From the IMG/VR virus record IMGVR_UViG_3300037258_000061, positions 1 through 50,445 of that record: DNA of 50,445 bases, one strand, 5' to 3'. Made by a program: the position numbers and the translations under genes. The DNA is from a virus (lineage: Duplodnaviria > Caudoviricetes). Below the pieces are notes generated by a model. It made no database searches and was not told the DNA's origin. It worked only from the letters and a program-made list of their open reading frames with translations. How positions within the stretch are numbered: the first letter of the stretch is position 1; every line of letters starts with the position of its first letter. Below are positions 25,363-32,894 of the stretch, piece by piece.

Positions 25363-25569
25363 ATGAGCGGACCCCCAGCAATCGTTTGGCCGCAGTTCAA
25401 ATGTCGTTATGTAGATTCACACGGCACTGAGTGTAACGTAATTGCGGCCAAACGTATTCACTTCAGTACAGATCATCCCTTCGATCATATGGACCTATGT
25501 AATCAGCATCTGATCGAATATCAAAATTGGGTGTGGGCTCAACCTTTAACAGATGGGAGAGTGATGTGA
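25363..25569 (+). CDS. Small zinc-finger protein
   Basis: C-x9-C...LCNQH; GGAG RBS. Confidence 0.65.
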   Translation: MSGPPAIVWPQFKCRYVDSHGTECNVIAAKRIHFSTDHPFDHMDLCNQHLIEYQNWVWAQPLTDGRVM

Positions 25570-25886
25570 GTATTCTTAGAAAATCTGTTGACAATCAACC
25601 GTTGTATAAGATTAGACCGGGACAGATAGGTGAAAGAATTAAATTATTTCCCGGCATGGTTTTTCCTGGGGAGGTAGAACTTCTTAACATACCTGAACCA
25701 CATAAACATTGCTTTAATTCTGAAGTAGGAATTGTATTTGGTTCTAGTATTTGGTGGATTTATGATCCAAAACAAAGATTGATGGCCACCCATACTAGAA
25801 TTGCAGGTTTGCTTTGTTCCTGCGGCAGTGTTCTAATGCTTGATAACCCTGACGAGAAAAATGGCATATATCAAACCTCAAGGTAG
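25566..25886 (+). CDS. Hypothetical protein (HKHC...CSCG)
   Basis: GTG 25566 overlaps the upstream stop; GGGAG RBS. Confidence 0.55.
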   Translation: MSILRKSVDNQPLYKIRPGQIGERIKLFPGMVFPGEVELLNIPEPHKHCFNSEVGIVFGSSIWWIYDPKQRLMATHTRIAGLLCSCGSVLMLDNPDEKNGIYQTSR

Positions 25887-26991
25887 CCCCACTGCAAAAG
25901 TGTGGGTAGTTGTAGAGCAACCGTATCCTCAAGATGCGCAAGCGGGTTACGTCTGGTCTGCGGGATATGGGCGCATGTTTAACTCTATGATGCAGGCCGT
26001 AGGTATACGAGACTACTATGTATTACCACGCCGTCCTGATCTAGATCATCCGGATACCTATACCATAATCGAGACTGATATTAACCAATATCAACCACCA
26101 ATCATTATTCCTATCGAGGAAGCTGGAACATTTTTCTGTCGTGAATTGATTAAGAATGAATTTTCAAAGCGTAAACTCTCTCAAGGAGAGTCTGAGATAT
26201 CAAAGTACGCTGGGTCGATTTTAACATCGCCCTTTTTTAATTACCCACACTACATTATACCAACGCTTGCCCCCGATACTGTGATGAAACAGTATAAGTT
26301 AAAGGATATTGTAACTTACCTCGATTTGGGAAAGGTATCCGATGAACTTACATATTTCACCACCAATGGAACTCTCCAGCCGCTACCAGCGCGCACTCTT
26401 AAATATAACATTACGGAGTTTGACGAACTTATCGGATACCTTGAAACGTTTAGCTCCCACTCCATTTTATCGAATGATATTGAAACTATCTATCCAAAGA
26501 ATAAAAACTCCCAATATTGGGGTCATCCAGGTTTGCCAACTTGCGTTGGCCTCGCTACTTCTAAAAACTTTGGTATATCTTTTGAACTCTTCCAAGGTGA
26601 CGATAAACTTGGAATCAAGAGAACTGCACAACTCTGGAGAAAACTTCAAAGCGTATTCGACCGTGTCGATCAATTAGGACAGAACTTTTTTAACTTTGAT
26701 CTTCCACGTTACGAGATGTTAGGTTTTCGCATTGATAGATTTAGATGTCACGATACACTAATTCGCCAGCATATATTGTGGCCAGAGTTAGAAAAATCGC
26801 TGCAGTTTATGACACGTCAGTACACTCGTGAACCTTATTACAAAGATGAAGGACACGGTTGGTCATTTAAAGATATGCGTAGACTTAAACGCTACAATTG
26901 TCTTGACGTATGTGTAACAATGGAAGTCTTTGAGGCACAGCAAAAAGAGTTTGAGAAACGCCCATACCTACTAGGAGAAAAAACAGCATGA
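25861..26991 (+). CDS. Uracil-DNA-glycosylase-like domain fused to DnaQ-type 3'-5' exonuclease (N-terminal half of a split PolA)
   Basis: UDG family-4-like N-terminus (PQGSPTAKVWVVVEQP...GRMFNSMMQAVGI); ExoI DIET, ExoII QNFFNFD, HDTL, ExoIII YNCLD. Confidence 0.85.
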   Translation: MAYIKPQGSPTAKVWVVVEQPYPQDAQAGYVWSAGYGRMFNSMMQAVGIRDYYVLPRRPDLDHPDTYTIIETDINQYQPPIIIPIEEAGTFFCRELIKNEFSKRKLSQGESEISKYAGSILTSPFFNYPHYIIPTLAPDTVMKQYKLKDIVTYLDLGKVSDELTYFTTNGTLQPLPARTLKYNITEFDELIGYLETFSSHSILSNDIETIYPKNKNSQYWGHPGLPTCVGLATSKNFGISFELFQGDDKLGIKRTAQLWRKLQSVFDRVDQLGQNFFNFDLPRYEMLGFRIDRFRCHDTLIRQHILWPELEKSLQFMTRQYTREPYYKDEGHGWSFKDMRRLKRYNCLDVCVTMEVFEAQQKEFEKRPYLLGEKTA

Positions 26992-27755
26992 CAACTACAC
27001 CATCCGGTATCTTTCTAGATACCATGAATAACAAGTATAACATTCCCGGCGCAGTTCCGATTCCGCCGCAACCAGTTGCACCACTTATTCCAGCTACAGC
27101 TACCACTGTAGCTAATATATGTTCACTTGCTGGCTGGAAGATGGAGAAAGATTCTGGAACTCCAGGAACTGCAAAAAATATTACAATGACTTATAACGCT
27201 ACTACCAAAGCCTGTCTATTTTCAGCTAATCAGACTGGTAAGGGTGGCGTTCGTTGGTCGCGGACTATTGCAACAGGTGTGCCTGATACCGTAGCAAATT
27301 ACGTCTACGATATTACGTATGAATTTCCTGATCCTATGCAGCAAGCTTGCGTTGAGATGGATATCAATCATGTTGACTCTAAGGGAGATACCTATCTTCT
27401 TTGTGTTCAGGCATCCGAATACTCTGACTCCTACGAGTATACTCTGCTTAAAGCTGCAGGGAGTTACGGTTGGAATCCTTCCACCATTAAAGTAAATCCT
27501 ACACTTTGGCCTAAGAATACTCCAAAGCACATTCGTATCTTCACGCAGCGGAATCTAGCTAACGGTAAAGTTGTATATGTGGGAGTTGAAGAGGATGCAG
27601 TTTATAATCCATTTGCAGCTACTTGCACTGGTGTTAGCGATTCTCCTATGGGTTGGACTAAACAAATAATTCTGCCCAACTTTCAACTCGACGGGGCAAA
27701 TGCCAGTGGCCTCATGCAGTGTAACGTACTTGCGTTTGATATCATCTATTGGTAA
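26988..27755 (+). CDS. Beta-sandwich (concanavalin/polysaccharide-lyase-like) protein
   Basis: NYVYDI...EMDINH...W...HIRI...NFQLDG pattern; ATGA overlap with the exonuclease gene. Confidence 0.55.
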   Translation: MTTTPSGIFLDTMNNKYNIPGAVPIPPQPVAPLIPATATTVANICSLAGWKMEKDSGTPGTAKNITMTYNATTKACLFSANQTGKGGVRWSRTIATGVPDTVANYVYDITYEFPDPMQQACVEMDINHVDSKGDTYLLCVQASEYSDSYEYTLLKAAGSYGWNPSTIKVNPTLWPKNTPKHIRIFTQRNLANGKVVYVGVEEDAVYNPFAATCTGVSDSPMGWTKQIILPNFQLDGANASGLMQCNVLAFDIIYW

Positions 27756-27763
27756 AACGGTTT

Positions 27764-27943
27764 ATGAAAAAAGAAGAGTTTGACAAGCAACGTGAATCTC
27801 TGTACCGAGAGCTACTTTCAGCTCTCGGTACAATTTCACGTCATCCTACGGTACAGGCGCATCCAATATTGCAGGATTGCGCTGTAGCTATTGCTAAGAA
27901 CTATCGCAGTCTTAACCAGATCATTGATGAGGTTGTGCGATGA
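27764..27943 (+). CDS. Small hypothetical protein
   Basis: ORF 27749-27943, first ATG at 27764. Confidence 0.55.
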   Translation: MKKEEFDKQRESLYRELLSALGTISRHPTVQAHPILQDCAVAIAKNYRSLNQIIDEVVR

Positions 27944-28092
27944 GTCAAGAAAGAGATATAAATCTTAAACTCTCAATCTATGAACTTGTTATGGTTCTTG
28001 AACGAATCATGAAAAAAGATACTAGTTTATCATCAGCAACTTCATATAGTATTGTTGAAGAAGCAAGAAAGTTTGCTCGCAAAGATGATTGA
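27940..28092 (+). CDS. Small hypothetical protein, 50 aa (not in the ORF track)
   Basis: GAGG RBS, ATGA overlap; MSQERDINLKLSIYELVMVLERIMKKDTSLSSATSYSIVEEARKFARKDD. Confidence 0.55.
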   Translation: MSQERDINLKLSIYELVMVLERIMKKDTSLSSATSYSIVEEARKFARKDD

Positions 28093-29575
28093 ACCCCGCA
28101 TAACTTACGACTATGAGCGAAAGCTCCAAGCTGTCTATAATGAGATAGCTAACAGAGGTATACGTGTCGATGAAACAAGACTTAAAGAAGCTAAAGTTTT
28201 TGTTGATCGAGAAATCCAGAGAAATTTGGCGATTGCTTCTTCTCAGTGGAATATCAAACTTTTTGTTGGTGTGGAGAATGATCCCAACAAAGGTAAAAAG
28301 AAGGGTGATCCCACACTCATTGAATCACAGAATCTTGGTAGTACTTCTGGAGAAAAGAGTTTCCTTAATCTTCTCAAAACACTGGGCTACACAGTTCCAA
28401 AAATAGCTAAACGCAATAGCGAAGGAGAGTATGAGACTAACTATTCGACGGGAGAACTCGCTCTGCAACGAATCTTACGTGATAACCAGTTTGGATACCC
28501 AACTGGTGATCCAGCGATTAAAGCGGTACTTGCTATACGTGAACTTGCTAAGCTCAGATCTTCCTATCTCAACGCAAATTTCTATAGAGATGTTTCATCA
28601 AACTTGTTCTTTCTCAGCCTCTATAATGCAGCAGGAACTCTTACAGGACGTAGATCATCGAGAAAACATACTTTCGGTTTTGGAAACAATGGTCAGAACC
28701 ACCCAAAACATTCTAGAATTGCCGAGCAGTGGAGAAGATGTCTAGTAGCTAGACCAGGAAATATCTTCTTAATGGTCGATCAGAAGTCTGCAGAGGAATG
28801 GCCTGTCTGCGCTCTATCTCAAAATCATCTTGGAATTGAGCAGATGACTAAAGGTATTAACCGCCACATCTGGCGTGCGTCATTTATCTTTAACATCGCA
28901 GAAGGTGCTCGCAGCAAGAAAGAATGGAAGGAATCGATCGAGTATTATCTGGGAAAGAAGACCGGACATGCAAATAACTATAACATGCAGCCACCTAGAA
29001 TGTCTGAGTCTCTTATTCAAGAAGGACATTATGTTAGCGTTGATGCGTGTGCAGGGATGCTTGCGCGGCTTAATAGTTTGGAGCCTAACATACGAGGTGT
29101 TTTCCATAAATGGGTGCGCGATACTATTAACCATTGCAGAGTTCTCAAAACTCCGTTCGGGCGTGAAAGACAATTTCTCGGATTGCGTCCTAACGATGCG
29201 AACAATAAGATATTTAATGAAGCATTCGCTTTCGTACCGCAGTCGTCCGTTGGCGATAATACTGGTTTTGCAGTTGCTCATATCGAAAACAGTGATCTTG
29301 ATCCAGTCTGTCGCTATATTGTACAAGAAGGCCACGATTCGATCGTTCAAGACATCCCGGACAACCTTACGTGCCTTGATATTGGTCTTTCTAATGCTGT
29401 CGCAGCCTTTGATAGAAAAATGCGATTTGACAATGGAATCGAAGTTCAAGTCCCTGTGGAAGCGGAAATTGGCTACGATTTTAACACTACCGTAACTGTG
29501 GACGATTTGTCCTATGAAGGTTTGCGTATCGCAAAGCAAAAACTGCTCGAAGAGATAAATAAGAAAGCTGCCTAA
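28085..29575 (+). CDS. polA: DNA polymerase family A, polymerase domain only
   Basis: GIRVD, TGRRSS, NGQNHP, motif A DQKSAE, motif B KKTGHANNY, TPFGRER, PQSS, motif C HDS. Confidence 0.92.
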   Translation: MIEPRITYDYERKLQAVYNEIANRGIRVDETRLKEAKVFVDREIQRNLAIASSQWNIKLFVGVENDPNKGKKKGDPTLIESQNLGSTSGEKSFLNLLKTLGYTVPKIAKRNSEGEYETNYSTGELALQRILRDNQFGYPTGDPAIKAVLAIRELAKLRSSYLNANFYRDVSSNLFFLSLYNAAGTLTGRRSSRKHTFGFGNNGQNHPKHSRIAEQWRRCLVARPGNIFLMVDQKSAEEWPVCALSQNHLGIEQMTKGINRHIWRASFIFNIAEGARSKKEWKESIEYYLGKKTGHANNYNMQPPRMSESLIQEGHYVSVDACAGMLARLNSLEPNIRGVFHKWVRDTINHCRVLKTPFGRERQFLGLRPNDANNKIFNEAFAFVPQSSVGDNTGFAVAHIENSDLDPVCRYIVQEGHDSIVQDIPDNLTCLDIGLSNAVAAFDRKMRFDNGIEVQVPVEAEIGYDFNTTVTVDDLSYEGLRIAKQKLLEEINKKAA

Positions 29576-30894
29576 TGCCCCACAGAGCACTCTCAAAGAA
29601 CTGGATACTTGCGTATAATGAAGCTATATCTAAAATCTCGGAAGCGCCGGGACAGTATAACATCTGGGCTGCTATTGCAGTTGTATCTGCTGTGTTGAAG
29701 AACCACGTAAGAATGGCACGCGGCCCATATGTCGTAAATCCTAACCAATACATAATTCTGGTAGGTCCACCCGGCGTTGGTAAAGGCACTGCGATTCATC
29801 CTGCGTTTGATATTCCAAAGAAACTAGGTTTAATTAACACAATCTCTGATCGTGTAACTGCGCAGAAGATAGTTGAGAGGTTATCCAATGGATTTGACGC
29901 GCCTCCAAAGATTATATACGGTACTACAAACGGTCATGGACCCTTACCAACTAATACTGTCGCAGGAGGACATCTCTTTAATACTTCAAGCACTCCAACT
30001 ATTGTTGCTACAAGAGAATCAGCAGCAACAATTATGTCCACCGAACTCCAAACCCTCCTCTCCAGTTCAGAATGGATGACGCAATTTCTCTGCGATGCTT
30101 GGGATAGAAAAGACTTTGAATATGATACCAAGAATAAAGGAACTCACATAGTTAAAGATATGTGTGTTTCTATGATCGGTGCTTGTGTTCCAGCCTATAT
30201 TCAGAGCATTAATAAGAGTACGGAAGCTGCAGTCAATGGTGGATTCACAGCTCGTGCAGTGTTTGTGTATGCAGATAAAAAAGCCCAAGATATCGTATGG
30301 CCCAGGAATCTAGAAGAAACTATGGGGGCAGAGTTTATCAAGAAGCTTGAAGAAGATTTAGTTTCCATCTCAAATCTAGAGGGCGAATTTACATTCAGTC
30401 CCGAGGCTAAAAATCTCTTTGAGACGTTTTACAAAACTTCACCTATAGTTCGCCAGCACGAAGCAGATTCAGAAGTCATGCTATACTTCAAATCACGCGT
30501 GCATGTTCACTTTTTCAAAGTGGCTATGGCATTTAGCGCTGCACGAGATGACTCTCGAATAATAGATCGGATTGATACTCTAGTATCTATTGATCTATTA
30601 AAACAGATTCAACAGAATCTAGATCGTGCATTTAGAGGAGTTGGCAACTCTCCTCTTGCAGATGCTACCCAAAAAGTTCTAGGTTATATTGAACGCATGG
30701 GCGCAGCTAATCGCAGACAGATTCTGAAACACAACTACATGCACGTCACTAATGACGATCTATCCAGGGTTCTATTCACGCTCTGTGAGATGGGAACTGT
30801 AAGAGAAGATTCAATCGGTGGCGAAAAAATCTTTGTCTACTGTGAAACTCAAAAGACAGTAGATACAAACGTCAAACAAATCAATAAGACATAG
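29575..30894 (+). CDS. DUF3987-like P-loop NTPase (putative replicative helicase) with C-terminal winged helix
   Basis: SEAP...W, PNQYIILVGPPGVGKG, GGFTAR; translationally coupled to polA. Confidence 0.8.
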   Translation: MPHRALSKNWILAYNEAISKISEAPGQYNIWAAIAVVSAVLKNHVRMARGPYVVNPNQYIILVGPPGVGKGTAIHPAFDIPKKLGLINTISDRVTAQKIVERLSNGFDAPPKIIYGTTNGHGPLPTNTVAGGHLFNTSSTPTIVATRESAATIMSTELQTLLSSSEWMTQFLCDAWDRKDFEYDTKNKGTHIVKDMCVSMIGACVPAYIQSINKSTEAAVNGGFTARAVFVYADKKAQDIVWPRNLEETMGAEFIKKLEEDLVSISNLEGEFTFSPEAKNLFETFYKTSPIVRQHEADSEVMLYFKSRVHVHFFKVAMAFSAARDDSRIIDRIDTLVSIDLLKQIQQNLDRAFRGVGNSPLADATQKVLGYIERMGAANRRQILKHNYMHVTNDDLSRVLFTLCEMGTVREDSIGGEKIFVYCETQKTVDTNVKQINKT

Positions 30895-30903
30895 GGAGAA
30901 GAG

Positions 30904-31689
30904 ATGCCGTCAAATCCACCATTTAATGATGATTTTGAAGTTCAACCTGCAGATGCAGATTTGTGGGCCAAAGTTGAAGAAGATAAAAAGCAAGAAAAGA
31001 TTGACGAAGGTGGTGTGCAGCCAGAAGTTGGTCCTATAGCTACTTTCAAGCAAGTAGAAAATGCAATGGTGAATGTCGAAGCGGGCGAAGATAACATCGT
31101 CGGTTTAATTGAGTTAGGTGTTGGTCTGGAGGCAGTTGGTGACAATATCATTGTGCTTATTGATAACTATCGCTCTGGTTATGAATGCACTGCTTGCAAA
31201 GGGACGGGTAAATTACGGAGGTTTGTTCGGTGTGTCTGCGATCCGGATATTCCAGATTCTGATCTGGACTTCCCTCGCGGTACTCGCAATCGCTTTAAGG
31301 CTGTCTGTGAGGCTTGCTCTGGCGAATATCTCACCGTGCGGATAGATGACGTAGTTACTTGCCATAAATGCAATGGTAGAGGAGCAACTCTAGTTATCCC
31401 CGAAAATGCTCAATCTCTGCCAACTACAGGAATTATTCTAAGTATGGGTCCAGAGGTTACTCGCAAGGGAATTGCTATAAACAAGCGAGTTATCTGCACT
31501 CCGCACGCAGGTGTATTTCTTCCGATGAAGGGAAATATTCCTGTGAAAGTTTATCGCCAGCATGAACCTCTCTGCAATATGTATAACATTAAAAAAGATG
31601 GAACTGCAGATAAGGAAAAACCTGGCGAATTAGTTACAAATCAATTCGTTGAACATGATACACCGCTTGGCACACAACACAATGCTTAG
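30904..31689 (+). CDS. GroES/cpn10-like co-chaperonin with inserted DnaJ-type zinc finger
   Basis: [10 protein letters not shown] and [24 protein letters not shown] match the GroES pattern LKPLGDRVLV / [31 protein letters not shown]...CHKCNGRG lies between them. Confidence 0.75.
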   Translation: [261 protein letters not shown]

Positions 31690-32299
31690 TAACGAAGTTC
31701 TCTACTTAGAAAAGGGTGGGAAGCCTATGTCACTTCAACAAACAGATGTGGGAAATATTCAACAAAGAGGTACTTCAGTACTTGCGAATCCTCAACTCGT
31801 CTCATTCGACATTGCATATAAACAACTAATCGAACGCTGGGAAGATCCACATCTCACAGGTAAAATTACTCATGATGCAGGTGGTGCAACTAAATATGGA
31901 ATTTCACAGAATGCTTATCCATCTTTAGATATTTCTACTATTACTGCCTCAACTGCAAAAGAGATAACTTTTAAAGATTATTGGATGTATTCTAAGTGGA
32001 ATATATCAAAATTACAAGCTGCCTATCAACCTCTTGCAAATAAGTTATTTCAGTTTGGATTTAATGTGGGAGTTGGTACAGTAATTCAAATTGCAAATAT
32101 GTGTGTATTCTCGGCTGAGATAGGCGATCAAATACCAAAGTTAGGTGATCCCTTAGATATTACAAGCCGTAGCCCAGAAACATTAAGTGATTTGAGACTA
32201 ATGATGGTTGCAGCTCAACTTTCAAGATATGTAGTTGATTATCATGGTTTAAGTCGCGTTCCGCACTCCCTAATGGACCGCGCTCTTTGTATAGAGTAA
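31682..32299 (+). CDS. Endolysin, glycoside hydrolase family 108-like
   Basis: WE...HDAGGATKYGIS...DYW...LFQFGFNVGVG; start at 31682 or 31727. Confidence 0.8.
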   Translation: MLSNEVLYLEKGGKPMSLQQTDVGNIQQRGTSVLANPQLVSFDIAYKQLIERWEDPHLTGKITHDAGGATKYGISQNAYPSLDISTITASTAKEITFKDYWMYSKWNISKLQAAYQPLANKLFQFGFNVGVGTVIQIANMCVFSAEIGDQIPKLGDPLDITSRSPETLSDLRLMMVAAQLSRYVVDYHGLSRVPHSLMDRALCIE

Positions 32300-32336
32300 T
32301 TGCGAATTACACAGGGTTGATTACTCTATACGAAGA

Positions 32337-32373
32337 AATGCCCCTGATATTGCCTATCAGGGGCATTCTTTTG
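32337..32373. terminator. Terminator between the convergent arms (likely bidirectional)
   Basis: AATGCCCCTGATA-TTGCC-TATCAGGGGCATT perfect 13-bp stem with T-rich tails on both strands; a second hairpin lies at 32289-32331. Confidence 0.85.
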
Positions 32374-32396
32374 CTTTAAATTAACTACAAATTAAA

Positions 32397-32885
32397 TTAC
32401 GAACCCGCAGGCGTGGTTGTAACCGGCGGAGTTGTATCAGCAGGCGAAATCTGTTCAAGATTACCAAGACCACCAGTAATCTGTGATGCAGATGCCGTAA
32501 CTGCAGCAGTTGCAGAGTTAATATTACTTGTATTGGTATTGATCTGAGCAACCTGTGCTTCGATCGCTGCGATAGCTGCGCTTTCATCCGGAGTTGTAGC
32601 AACCGGCAGATTTGCAAGTGCAGTTGTAATAGCTGCAGTTGCTGCAGTAATCTCAGACGTTTCAGCCTGAACTGCAGTTCCATTAGCTGTAACTGCATTT
32701 GCGAGGTCAGTTGTTGCCTGTGCGAGTGTGGTAGCGGCTGTTCCCAAGGTATGAATCTCCTCTGCCAGTATAAGCGTGGCGGCTATTATTAGCAGTCCAA
32801 ACTTTTCTTCCGAATCAAACTTACCTCTTTGAAGATCGTTGGAAAGTTGTTCTGCTAAATTCTTAAGTTTATCTGCAAACATCAA
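32397..32885 (-). CDS. Ala/Thr-rich coiled-coil protein
   Basis: GGAGGA RBS; short hydrophobic stretch followed by long A/T-rich heptads. Confidence 0.65.
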   Translation of the reverse strand: MMFADKLKNLAEQLSNDLQRGKFDSEEKFGLLIIAATLILAEEIHTLGTAATTLAQATTDLANAVTANGTAVQAETSEITAATAAITTALANLPVATTPDESAAIAAIEAQVAQINTNTSNINSATAAVTASASQITGGLGNLEQISPADTTPPVTTTPAGS

Positions 32886-32894
32886 ATCCTCCTA

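Noticed and set aside
26992-28084. Group I intron or intein splitting polA
   Set aside because: The interval is filled with coupled ORFs, with no HNH/GIY-YIG/LAGLIDADG motifs or room for an intron core; the polA half has its own start
28875-29596. 206-aa alternative-frame and 238-aa antisense ORFs over polA
   Set aside because: Nested in or antisense to a conserved gene, no RBS or recognisable motifs; shadow ORFs, like most other short overlapping entries in the track
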